Below, piece by piece: positions 25,727 through 34,134 of a stretch of DNA of 35,588 bases (position 1 is the first letter of the stretch; every line of letters begins with the position of its first letter). The notes below the pieces were generated by a model. That model was not told where the DNA came from. It saw only the letters and a program-made list of their open reading frames with translations, and made no database searches. Location of the stretch: IMG/VR virus record IMGVR_UViG_2585427725_000018; one strand, written 5' to 3'. Source of the stretch: a virus (taxonomy: Duplodnaviria > Heunggongvirae > Uroviricota > Caudoviricetes). The position numbers and the translations under genes were made by a program.

Positions 25727-26269
25727 TTACATCGCAGGACTGATGCGTTCTGTCCTCGTGTTTCTCCTGCCACATGCTTTTCCGCCAGCCTTTATGATGG
25801 CTCTTTCAACATCCCGCTCGTATCGCAAGGGCTGAAATACGTCATTAATGAAATATTCGCTTATGTCCGGAAGCGATACTGCAAAATTATTTGTTTGTTG
25901 CGCCGTCCTGCTATGCAGCAAAGCGGCATGCTTTAATGCGTCCTGTGCTTTCTGGAATTTAAGTGCATAGTCAGTGGCGATTTTTTCCAGTTCAGCGATT
26001 CGGTTGTCTTTGGTTTCCAGCCAATCAAGTAGCGCCAATACTTCAGGATCCCCGACATCCAACACTGTTACGCGTGATTTTTCATAATGTTCGTCAGCAA
26101 GAGTTCGGCCAATTTTGAAATCTCCATCATCACCATAACCGGAGCAGGCATAAACAACCTGTGCTCCAGATATTCGCTGAATTGACATTTCCTCGCCGCA
26201 AATAGGGCATTTCGGTACTGGCACAGGTGAATAACGTTCACGTAATGCCTGATAGTTGATTTCGCTCAT
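25727..26269 (-). CDS. Ead/Ea22-like prophage protein with N-terminal zinc-ribbon-like motif
   Basis: 180 aa. N-terminus MSEINYQALRE... and an LALLDWLE coiled-coil segment resemble Ea22-like proteins as I recall them; CPICGEE...YACSGYG cysteine pairs. AAGGAG RBS. Confidence 0.5.
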   Translation of the reverse strand: MSEINYQALRERYSPVPVPKCPICGEEMSIQRISGAQVVYACSGYGDDGDFKIGRTLADEHYEKSRVTVLDVGDPEVLALLDWLETKDNRIAELEKIATDYALKFQKAQDALKHAALLHSRTAQQTNNFAVSLPDISEYFINDVFQPLRYERDVERAIIKAGGKACGRRNTRTERISPAM

Positions 26270-26332
26270 TAAGTCGTTCTCCTTGTTTATGTTCTGAGGT
26301 GGAGAGCAGGGCGAACTCGCCCTGATGTTGTG

Positions 26333-26644
26333 TTATTCAGGAAATAACGCCCGGATATTTCCGGCCATCTGACTGGTTATCTGTGCGGTTGATACTGGCT
26401 GTGATGCGGGGCGTTCTGTCCTGGTTTGTGTCACTGATAACGCTTCATCACCAGCCCATGCAGCCAGTCGATAAGCCTCAGCCGGATTCATTTTCAGAAG
26501 TGCCAGCCCGGCCAGAAAAGCCACGCGTTGGCCGCTTTTGCGGGCTTCTGGTGTAAGGCTGTCCAGCCAGGCGCATGCTTCTCCTTCGTTCTTGACGGCG
26601 GTGGGCTTCAGATAGAAACTTATCCGTCTGGTTGGAGTCGTCAT
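26333..26644 (-). CDS. parR: ParR-like centromere-binding protein
   Basis: About 103 aa. RISFYLKP...AWLDSLTPEARKSGQRVAFLAGLALL...NIRALFPE parallels R1 ParR (RTIAFKLNP...LDSIPQGERSRLNRAALTAGLALY...ILRSLFPKE). AAGGAG RBS; sits directly after parM. Confidence 0.7.
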   Translation of the reverse strand: MTTPTRRISFYLKPTAVKNEGEACAWLDSLTPEARKSGQRVAFLAGLALLKMNPAEAYRLAAWAGDEALSVTQTRTERPASQPVSTAQITSQMAGNIRALFPE

Positions 26645-26648
26645 TGGT

Positions 26649-27608
26649 TTACTCCTTGTCCATTGCGTACAGCCCATTAACCAGAGCAAACTGTGGCACC
26701 CCGTCCGCGATGAAAGTCGCATTAACTCCGCAGGCTTCGCGGATAGCGGGTGCCACAATCTCCGCCCCTCCACCGACAACCATCCCCCGCCCGTAACCCG
26801 AAAAACCCGCCAGCGCGCGGATCACGCGTTGTTTCAGTGTTTCTTCCTTTTCACGAATTACCGCCATCAGGCTGGCGTAATGCGCGTCATTGTGGATGTG
26901 CTGGCGCAGCCAGGCTTCATCATGGCGATGTTCGATAATGGTATTGGCGATGTGGTGACTGGTGCGCATACCGTTAGTGGCCATCACCGACAGTACGGCA
27001 TCGGCCATCAGAGAAACGCCCACGTGTGGATCGCAAAACACCTGGCTGATACCTGCCAGTTGCCCCTGAACCTTTGCCACATCCAGCGTGGTTCCGCCCA
27101 AATCCACAATCAGCAGGGATTCAAACGGACTCATGTCAGCCAGTGCCTTAAAGCCAGCCGGAATGGATTCAGGCATAACCCGTACGTTACGGATAGTGAA
27201 TGCTTCGCCGTTCTGGTACTCCACCAGGCGCATGACGTTCGCTTTTTTGCGGTTGATGTTGGCCATGTCCGGCTGTGCGTTTGTATCGAAATACTCGCTC
27301 AGTGGCAGGGTGACAACCACATCCACTTCCTGTGGTGTGATGCCTGATTTGACCAGCGCGTGATGAATGGCAATTATATTCACATCGCTGTACTGGTATT
27401 GCGTGTCGGTCGTCTGGACAAAGCGATCGCTGACCGGATCAAAACCATAGCGCACGCCATCAAGCATGTAGTTCGCGGGCTGCGTGCCACCGAACGGCGC
27501 AGACCATTCCGACTTGAAGCTGTTCGGGCTGATGGCGTTGCGGCGTTCGCCGTTCTCAGTCCATGCCAGCTTGATGTTGGTGGAGCCGTCGTCGATACAA
27601 ATTTTCAT
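26649..27608 (-). CDS. parM: ParM / StbA actin-like segregation ATPase
   Basis: 319 aa. MKICIDDGSTNIKLAW...ISPNSFK.EW...QYSDVNI.A.HHAL..SG...EVD.V.T.PL.E......QP...NI.RKKAN...TI..V.VMPESIPAG...SLLI.DLGGTTLD...V.G.L.GIS...GVSL......VIGGGAE: collinear and highly similar to R1 ParM by my recollection. Confidence 0.9.
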   Translation of the reverse strand: MKICIDDGSTNIKLAWTENGERRNAISPNSFKSEWSAPFGGTQPANYMLDGVRYGFDPVSDRFVQTTDTQYQYSDVNIIAIHHALVKSGITPQEVDVVVTLPLSEYFDTNAQPDMANINRKKANVMRLVEYQNGEAFTIRNVRVMPESIPAGFKALADMSPFESLLIVDLGGTTLDVAKVQGQLAGISQVFCDPHVGVSLMADAVLSVMATNGMRTSHHIANTIIEHRHDEAWLRQHIHNDAHYASLMAVIREKEETLKQRVIRALAGFSGYGRGMVVGGGAEIVAPAIREACGVNATFIADGVPQFALVNGLYAMDKE

Positions 27609-27684
27609 GTCGCTTTTCCTTATGTTGATTAATTAATCGGTTACAGGATTTTTAAATCCCGCTTTTGCCTGTTTTGTGCGCGCT

Positions 27685-30507
27685 TCATATATCGCGGCAC
27701 GTTTTTTGCTCATTTACGGGATTTGTGAGTCCCGTTTCTGTCTGTTTTTTGTTTCCACTGGTCAGGCTACCCCGCAGCAGGTCTGCTTTGCGGTGGGCGC
27801 GTTCAGTGGTTTCACTGATTCTTTGTGCGTGCTCTGCGTCACGGATGGCGCGCAGCATGTCAGAAAGCACGGTAACGGGGGTTTTCATGGTGTTCTGGTC
27901 CTGCTGAAGTGTGGATGCCAGGTGTGCGGCGGCTTCGGGGTCTGATGCCCCCAGCTGTTCCAGATAGCTGGCGACCGGGTTATGGCGGATCTCCGTGCTG
28001 CTTACGCCGTGATTACGGCTCAGGCGCTGCCAGAGTTGCGTGATTCGGCTGTCCGGGCGGGTATCTGGTTTGCGTACAATTTCAAATCCCTGCGGTGCAA
28101 TGATGCTGCCGTCAACGTACAGACTGCCGCCCCGTAACAGGTGCTGCATCTGCTGTTCACCGATATGCAGGCCGAGAGATTCAGCAGACTCCCGCCATTC
28201 TTTAGCGAGTAACTCGTGGTTATCAGGCAAAGGCCGTGGCTGTTTGCGGCTCTGTGTCCAGTTCTGCATTTCATCACTGCTGTTTTTTACCTGTTTGTCA
28301 CGAAGCGAACGCATCAGCGCCCGGCGTTCGTGCCGTTTCAGTGAACGCATCCATTCGTTCACTTCAACGCCGTCAGGGAGCTGCGGCCACGGTGCTGGCC
28401 GTTCTTCCGGCTGTTCTGTCCCGTTGTTGTCCGTTTCCTGTACACGGGGACAGTTATTGCCACGAGTCCAAGGGGCGGCAGGGCCGCCCTGAAGGTCAAA
28501 ACCATTTTCGTGGGTGCTGTCTTCCGCTTCCGGTTTACGTCTTACCAGCTTCCAGTTATCCGGGTGCGTGCACACACGGGAGGATTCCCCGATGAGTGGC
28601 GACCAGATCCCGTAAATCTGTACACTCTGTTCGCCGTAATCGTTCAGCTCATCTGCGAGGTCGTAGGCTGTGCGAATCAGGTAGTCCTTGCGCGGAACAA
28701 GTACGCCACCCTGTTTTTCAATGTAGGTGGCAAAACACCCGGCATCAGCGGCAGCAAGAACCGCATCCATTGCGTCATCCTTCAGCCGTTGCGGGCCCTC
28801 CGGGTTGCGTGCCATCTGGCTGGCAAGGCGGCGGAGTTCACGCCACACCTGACGGGAGGGAATGCCAAAGAACTGGAACTGGCGGACCCGGTGAAGGCGC
28901 GCCCAGCCGATGGCGCGCTCCACGCTCTCGGCCATTGATTTTCCTGTTTCGTGGTCAACGCGTGGCTTGCCCGTTTTCGGGTCGATGCCATCCACGGCGC
29001 GGCTGTCCAGGTTCTTTCCGATGTAGGTGGCGATGTAGCTGGTTGGCGTGCCTTTTGAGCCGTCTACATACTCCGCCTTAAAGCGCGGAGTAATATCATC
29101 GCCCAGCTCGTGACGATCTTCCTGAATGGCAATATCGCGGGTGTGGGACACAATGGTGTCGATTTCTTCCGGATGGGCAAAGACCATCATATGCCAGTGC
29201 ACGGTTCCGTCATGGTGAGGCTCCACCGTGCGGATGCCATACCAGCGCAGGCCGTCGCGGTTCAGTTTTTTGCGGACCGCCGCAAAAAACGTGTTAACCA
29301 GGTAATCGCTGGAGTCGCGCATGGTGGCCCCGTTCCATTTGGGGTTCGGATGACCGTTCTCCGTTGTTGCGTGGTATTTTGACGGGCAGGTGACAGTCAG
29401 AAACACCGCTCTGTCGCCACGGGCTTCGGCCAGAAGTTCCAGTCCCTTCATGGTGGCCATCATTTCTGCCTTACGGTGAACCGGGTTACTTACTCCCGCG
29501 TAATACACTGTCTCGAGATCAATCGTGAACCCGTCTTCATTTTCCAGCATGAAACTTTTCAGGAAATCGCGTGTTTTCTCGCGCTGTGCGCGAAACTCGC
29601 TTAACGCGTCCTGGCTCAGATAGGGTGATGTTTTTCTGGAAACCAGACAGGCGGCGCGGAGTTGTTCTTCTCTCCACTCGCAACGTAACAGCCACAGTTT
29701 GCGTTTCCACCATTCCGCACAGGTCAGGCGAAGGATTGCGCCCGGCAGCAGCTCCGTGTCCGGTTCGTTCCTCCGGTCTTTGTCTGTTGTCAGTGCGTCA
29801 TAATGTGGAGGCATGGCGTGCAGGTGTAACGCCATGCGGGCCAGCATCTGATACGCCTTCAGCGTTACATCCATGGTCAGTTCGCCATCAGTCGCGCCAA
29901 AGCCATCGCAGAGTTTTTCGAAGGTGCTGCTGAACATCGCCGCCGTCATGGTGGCCAGCGTCTGTATCTGGTGCTTGTTGAGCTGCGGCAGGTAAAGCAA
30001 ATCATCCAGGCGTTCGCGTCCGGCAAGGGAGCGATAACCCGGTGTCAGCCAGCGGTGGTCGGTGCGGTCCAGACGTTCGAATATTTTGCGCAGGGTTCCG
30101 CGCGCGTAGCGTTCAGCCTGCCAGCTCTTTTTGCCTTTCCGGCGATCGACTTCCTGTTTTTTGCGCAGGAAGGAGAGGTGGCGAATAAGCGGATCGCGCA
30201 GATAGGACGGCAGCAGGCGCAGCGAGGCCATGGCTTCATCCACCGCGCCGCGTGCCTGTTTTCTGGCGTCTCCTGCCAGTGTGATGGTTTTGTCCTGTTT
30301 TTCCTGTGCATCCAGGCTTTTATTAATCAGGTTGCCCAGCGGCGTGGCGGAGAACGCCGCATCAGCCATTTCCTGGCGGCGCTCGTTCTCTGCCCGGTAG
30401 GCATCCAGCCAGGAGGAAAGCGCAGATTCAGGAACGGGGATCCCCGTTCCTTCACGTCCCACTGCGTGGCGCGGTTGTTGCCAGTCCCTGATGTACTCTG
30501 CCGTCAT
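27685..30507 (-). CDS. A: Replication initiation protein A (rolling-circle nicking protein)
   Basis: Conserved gpA blocks (VFLTVTCPSKYH, GIRTVEPHHDGTVHWHMM, YIATYIGKN). 940 aa as read from the track start; the true start is uncertain. Confidence 0.8.
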   Translation of the reverse strand: MTAEYIRDWQQPRHAVGREGTGIPVPESALSSWLDAYRAENERRQEMADAAFSATPLGNLINKSLDAQEKQDKTITLAGDARKQARGAVDEAMASLRLLPSYLRDPLIRHLSFLRKKQEVDRRKGKKSWQAERYARGTLRKIFERLDRTDHRWLTPGYRSLAGRERLDDLLYLPQLNKHQIQTLATMTAAMFSSTFEKLCDGFGATDGELTMDVTLKAYQMLARMALHLHAMPPHYDALTTDKDRRNEPDTELLPGAILRLTCAEWWKRKLWLLRCEWREEQLRAACLVSRKTSPYLSQDALSEFRAQREKTRDFLKSFMLENEDGFTIDLETVYYAGVSNPVHRKAEMMATMKGLELLAEARGDRAVFLTVTCPSKYHATTENGHPNPKWNGATMRDSSDYLVNTFFAAVRKKLNRDGLRWYGIRTVEPHHDGTVHWHMMVFAHPEEIDTIVSHTRDIAIQEDRHELGDDITPRFKAEYVDGSKGTPTSYIATYIGKNLDSRAVDGIDPKTGKPRVDHETGKSMAESVERAIGWARLHRVRQFQFFGIPSRQVWRELRRLASQMARNPEGPQRLKDDAMDAVLAAADAGCFATYIEKQGGVLVPRKDYLIRTAYDLADELNDYGEQSVQIYGIWSPLIGESSRVCTHPDNWKLVRRKPEAEDSTHENGFDLQGGPAAPWTRGNNCPRVQETDNNGTEQPEERPAPWPQLPDGVEVNEWMRSLKRHERRALMRSLRDKQVKNSSDEMQNWTQSRKQPRPLPDNHELLAKEWRESAESLGLHIGEQQMQHLLRGGSLYVDGSIIAPQGFEIVRKPDTRPDSRITQLWQRLSRNHGVSSTEIRHNPVASYLEQLGASDPEAAAHLASTLQQDQNTMKTPVTVLSDMLRAIRDAEHAQRISETTERAHRKADLLRGSLTSGNKKQTETGLTNPVNEQKTCRDI

Positions 30508-30513
30508 AGTGAT

Positions 30514-30879
30514 TTACTTCGTCATGCCATTCAGGGTGTCGCGGCAGACGGCAGCCAGCCGCTGAATTTCCAGCACGGTGTCTTCTGTGTCGGCATGGCG
30601 ATGTGTGATGCGGATGCTGTCGGCAATCACATCGACGATTGCAGAGGATGGGCGCTGGTAAATGCCAATAACGGACGGGGTGCCACCTTCAATGCGGTAA
30701 AGCCTGTAATTTCCCTCGTGGCTGTCAATCATGTAGCGACCATCAATAACAATCTTTCCGTCAGCGAGCTGCGGTACAGGCAGGGATTTCAGGTACATGT
30801 CATAACGATCACGCACGCGAGCGGCAAGATCACGTTCTGTGTTGAGCAGGTATTCAAGAAAGTCGTTGGCGAGAATCAT
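30514..30879 (-). CDS. Hypothetical early-operon protein
   Basis: 121 aa ORF with AAGAGGA RBS, immediately upstream of A; no family recognised. Confidence 0.55.
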   Translation of the reverse strand: MILANDFLEYLLNTERDLAARVRDRYDMYLKSLPVPQLADGKIVIDGRYMIDSHEGNYRLYRIEGGTPSVIGIYQRPSSAIVDVIADSIRITHRHADTEDTVLEIQRLAAVCRDTLNGMTK

Positions 30880-30951
30880 TGCGGCAATCCTCTTGTTACA
30901 GATGTGCGAAGGCCTCCCGCCGCAAGGTGCAGGAAAGGCCCGGAACAGGAA

Positions 30952-31182
30952 TTAATGGAGTTTGTTTTGCTGCTGGATGAGCTGTTGAAGCTCGCGCAGA
31001 TCATCCGCCAGATAGCTGAAAACAGCGGATGAATAGAGGTTTGAAAGTTCGCAGCTACGCTCATGCAGCATATTGATGTGCATGATTTTAGCGACGCGGA
31101 ATGCGCGGGAAAGTCTGCGGTTGATTTCAGTCTGGATGTGACGACGCTCCGCGATAGTGCGGTGCTGTTTGCGGTTTGCCAT
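30952..31182 (-). CDS. Hypothetical small basic early-operon protein
   Basis: 76 aa, Arg-rich N-terminus, AAGAGG RBS; no family recognised. Confidence 0.5.
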   Translation of the reverse strand: MANRKQHRTIAERRHIQTEINRRLSRAFRVAKIMHINMLHERSCELSNLYSSAVFSYLADDLRELQQLIQQQNKLH

Positions 31183-31358
31183 GATATGTGGCCTCTTGTA
31201 GTAAGTTGTGAAAACTCACCATCCAGAGCTGCGAAACTGTGGGTGGCGAGACGTACGAGGTTCGCAGTACCGGCTACAAGAGATCCCGGCCCGACCGAAG
31301 TCGGCCCCGTACGCCCCGCCATAATTCTGACGCGAAAAAAACGTGGCAATACAGTACG

Positions 31359-31382
31359 CACAAAAAAACCGCTGGCGCGGTT
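31359..31382 (-). terminator. Possible intrinsic terminator inside the early region
   Basis: aaccgc (4 nt loop) gcggtt, followed on the minus strand by T7. Short stem, so a weak call. Confidence 0.35.
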
Positions 31383-31504
31383 GTGCGCTCTTGTAGTCAG
31401 CAGGCTGCGAAACCCGGCACCCGTTTTATGAGGTGCAGCGGAAATGTAACCTGACTGATTGCGGCATGGCAAGCGGTTTTTTTGTGTGTGCATGCTCTGG
31501 TTTC

Positions 31505-31804
31505 TTACTGGTTCAAAAAAAAATCAAAAACCTTGTCAATACGTTGCAGCAGCTCTTGCTGTATTGCTTCCGGCGTTTCCGGTTCGCCTGGCACCTCCAA
31601 TGTCGCGCAGAAATCAGCGATTTCATGATGGAGCGTCAGGCGAATGGCAGGAGCCGTGGTTCTGGCGTGCTCCAGCTCATCCAGCAATGCCAGCGCAGCA
31701 GACGGCGAGAGCATTGCGCGAAATGCCAGTAATTTTTGAGGTGTTGCCATTCGTTGCAGGGCAAATGCCAGTTCGCGTAGCTTCTGGTGGTTGATGGTGC
31801 TCAT
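31505..31804 (-). CDS. Hypothetical protein, Ea22-like N-terminal segment
   Basis: 99 aa; MSTINHQKLRE... and SAALALLDELEH segments resemble the N-terminus of the 180-aa gene at 25727-26269. Confidence 0.5.
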   Translation of the reverse strand: MSTINHQKLRELAFALQRMATPQKLLAFRAMLSPSAALALLDELEHARTTAPAIRLTLHHEIADFCATLEVPGEPETPEAIQQELLQRIDKVFDFFLNQ

Positions 31805-32067
31805 GTTCTGGCTTCCTTCAGTAGCTGGTTAAACATGTGAGTAAGTGGATTGCTACACCCGAACGGCATCGGGTTTACGTGGTAAGAAGCCTGGCCTCCA
31901 GTTTTGCGAGCGCGACCACCTGTGCTGCGGTTTGTTCTGATGACTAAGCCGCCGCGCCAAAGTTGGCGTAACTCAGCATTAATGGCTGTGGTTGGAGTAT
32001 TCAGTGCTGCGGCGATCTCTCCGCCGCTACACCCCGGATGAGTAGCGATGTAGTCCAGAATGGTCAT
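31801..32067 (-). CDS. Hypothetical winged-helix-like protein
   Basis: Start at the internal ATG (MTILDYIATHPGCSGGEIAAAL...) with AGGAG 8 nt upstream; helix-turn-helix-like N-terminus. The track's longer N-terminus would overlap the small ORF upstream. Confidence 0.45.
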   Translation of the reverse strand: MTILDYIATHPGCSGGEIAAALNTPTTAINAELRQLWRGGLVIRTNRSTGGRARKTGGQASYHVNPMPFGCSNPLTHMFNQLLKEART

Positions 32068-32098
32068 CTGCGTGGCTCCTGTACCTGTCGGATAAGGT

Positions 32099-32266
32099 TT
32101 ACCGCGCCACATTAGTGGCGCAGAAGTAAGTGCCGTCAGTGAGGTAGATGTGGTGTGCATCCTTTTCCGAACGATGTTTGTCGATAGTGGTAATCAGGCG
32201 TTCGTCGACCTCGTATTCGCGCCCTCTGGAGGTAAAGCGAACGACGGGAAAATGCTTAATTGCCAT
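32099..32266 (-). CDS. Hypothetical small protein (55 aa, not on the ORF track)
   Basis: MAIKHFPVVRFTSRGREYEVDERLITTIDKHRSEKDAHHIYLTDGTYFCATNVAR; AGGGGG upstream of the ATG; fills the gap between two early genes. Confidence 0.35.
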   Translation of the reverse strand: MAIKHFPVVRFTSRGREYEVDERLITTIDKHRSEKDAHHIYLTDGTYFCATNVAR

Positions 32267-32289
32267 TGCGCCCCCTTTGTCCAGTAACT

Positions 32290-32700
32290 CTATGCGTTAA
32301 ATACGGTGCACTGTGCGTCATCAATGAATGCGACTTGAGAGCGCTCTATCAGGCGGAGATTTGTCAGAATTTCTGATTCCCTTATGGGGTGAGGAGTGAT
32401 CAGGTATTTATCCTGTAACCCGGCGATAATGGTGTATCGCTGTAGCTCCGAGCCAATTGTGTAAATAAGGCGTCCGGTGTTAGACAAATCCAGTCCGGTG
32501 ACTGGTTGTGTTCTGAAAACCGCCAGTTCAGCATCCTGTTTTGCGATAATTTCGGCTGCTTCTGCCGTGACTCTTGCGACTATCAGTGTGTGGGTTGCGA
32601 CGTCCATATGATTATTTGCTATGGCTTTTTTCGCTACTTCGTTTTCTGTCTTTGAAATTTCTTTCAGTGCTCTGATGATACCTTCTTCTTTTGCGTGCAT
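32290..32700 (-). CDS. Hypothetical early-operon protein
   Basis: 136 aa ORF with GGAG RBS; no family recognised. Confidence 0.5.
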   Translation of the reverse strand: MHAKEEGIIRALKEISKTENEVAKKAIANNHMDVATHTLIVARVTAEAAEIIAKQDAELAVFRTQPVTGLDLSNTGRLIYTIGSELQRYTIIAGLQDKYLITPHPIRESEILTNLRLIERSQVAFIDDAQCTVFNA

Positions 32701-32793
32701 TTTTGTATCTCCGTTATTTGCGTGTGCGAATACCTCCGTTAATACGGATGGTTTTCACGTTTTCTTATTTAATTTGATGTTTTATTTGTATCG

Positions 32794-32907
32794 TTATTCA
32801 CCAGTGAAAAAACGTTCAATCTTTTTTACTGAATGAATAATTCGCATAATTCCAATGGCGCAGGCCACCGAAATAATCAGAACAAGCCATGAGATAAATA
32901 TACTCAT
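32794..32907 (-). CDS. Hypothetical 37-aa hydrophobic peptide (not on the ORF track)
   Basis: MSIFISWLVLIISVACAIGIMRIIHSVKKIERFFTGE: one predicted TM helix and a basic C-terminus. Start ATG overlaps the stop of the upstream 80-aa gene (ATGA). Confidence 0.35.
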   Translation of the reverse strand: MSIFISWLVLIISVACAIGIMRIIHSVKKIERFFTGE

Positions 32908-33146
32908 GCGATATTCCCCAGCTTATACGGTTCAATATGTTCCCCGCATTCTGCGGCACAGATCAGCTCGGAAAGTTCGTTAAGTGCATCCAGATCATCA
33001 GCGTAAAAAGCGACGTCATACAAACTCCGGATTGCCCTGGTCAATGAGTCACGGGCTGCACGTTCAGCATGAGCGCCTGATGCACTTAAGCGAAAATAAA
33101 ATCGTTCAAGTGCTTTGTTAATGAGAGTTTTATATTCTTTGCCCAT
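32904..33146 (-). CDS. Hypothetical early-operon protein
   Basis: 80 aa ORF in the co-directional early gene series. Confidence 0.5.
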   Translation of the reverse strand: MGKEYKTLINKALERFYFRLSASGAHAERAARDSLTRAIRSLYDVAFYADDLDALNELSELICAAECGEHIEPYKLGNIA

Positions 33147-33157
33147 CGCAACGCCCT

Positions 33158-33424
33158 TTAATCTGCTTTCTGAATTTCAGCTTCTGAATCCATACAAATA
33201 ATTTCGATATATGGTTCATCGCCATTAACCTGACGTGCCTTTTCAGCTTCGCTAATGATTTCTCGCACGGTCTGGTACGGAAGCTCCACAGTCAGGCGCG
33301 TACCGTTCAGATAAACGTAAGTAGCTGCGTTTTTTTTCGGATGGAACAACTCCGTCAATGGCTGATGCGCGTAATAACAGTTCACCGCGAAAATCAATAA
33401 AACGGATAAATACACCTTGTGCAT
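33158..33424 (-). CDS. Hypothetical early-operon protein with hydrophobic N-terminus
   Basis: 88 aa; N-terminal hydrophobic stretch (VYLSVLLIFAV); preferred over the overlapping 81-aa track ORF in another frame, which has poor composition. Confidence 0.45.
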   Translation of the reverse strand: MHKVYLSVLLIFAVNCYYAHQPLTELFHPKKNAATYVYLNGTRLTVELPYQTVREIISEAEKARQVNGDEPYIEIICMDSEAEIQKAD

Positions 33425-33447
33425 GCTCTTTGGTCATAAAGCACCTG

Positions 33448-33789
33448 TTATAAATCAGCCTGTTTAATAAAACTTTGCCCACGAAGCAGACGATCAACCG
33501 TGCGAAGTGCTTCGTATAATGTGAAATCCTGCCCGAATTGATTGTCGCCGCAGCTCAATGCAAAAATGCGGTTTCCGGTAAACGGATTGCGTGGGCATTT
33601 GTGGACCACGATTCCAGCTTTCTCAATCAGCCAGGCATGCTCGCCGATTTGTTTTACTGGGTAGCCATCCGGCGTTGCGTGTGTATCACTCAGGCTGTAG
33701 CGGATGTTGCTGCGTGATGCACTGGTAGCGAAACGGTTAGCGTGGCGTTCAGCACCATTACGAAAGCGTGAATTACGTTGCTGTTTCAT
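33448..33789 (-). CDS. Hypothetical early-operon protein
   Basis: 113 aa, first gene after cox in the early operon. Confidence 0.5.
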   Translation of the reverse strand: MKQQRNSRFRNGAERHANRFATSASRSNIRYSLSDTHATPDGYPVKQIGEHAWLIEKAGIVVHKCPRNPFTGNRIFALSCGDNQFGQDFTLYEALRTVDRLLRGQSFIKQADL

Positions 33790-33807
33790 ATCAAAACTCC
33801 CTGCATC

Positions 33808-34134
33808 TCATGCAGCAAAATTAAGAAAGCCTAATCCCAAATCTTCCGCCAGCTTCTTGGCTTTCTTAAGCCAGTGATTGCGCCAATCTTTACGCTCAGG
33901 AGGAAGCTGTTTCGTTGCGTCATAGACCATTTCGAGCCACTCATTCCAAAGGATGAGAAGACGGCGCGAACTCCCTTCCTCGCCTAAAACCTCGCGCTCA
34001 GTAGTTAGAGGGATGAGTCGACGCTCTACCAACTTTCTTACGGCTGATTCGGTCTTACCTGTGCGGCGGGAAAACTCATCGACGGTGATGGGGTCTGGGA
34101 TCTTAAACAATGCCCTCAATAGTTCTTCATTCAT
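33808..34134 (-). CDS. cox: Cox-like excisionase / early regulator
   Basis: ITVDEFSRRTGKTESAVRKLVERRLIPL parallels P2 Cox (IPYQEFAKLIGKSTGAVRRMIDKGKLPV). Internal ATG with GGGAGA RBS; divergent from C. Confidence 0.75.
   Translation of the reverse strand: MNEELLRALFKIPDPITVDEFSRRTGKTESAVRKLVERRLIPLTTEREVLGEEGSSRRLLILWNEWLEMVYDATKQLPPERKDWRNHWLKKAKKLAEDLGLGFLNFAA

Noticed and set aside
29971-31032. 353-aa ORF on the plus strand overlapping gene A and early genes
   Set aside because: Antisense to A and to two early genes with good RBSs; composition looks like an out-of-frame shadow ORF.
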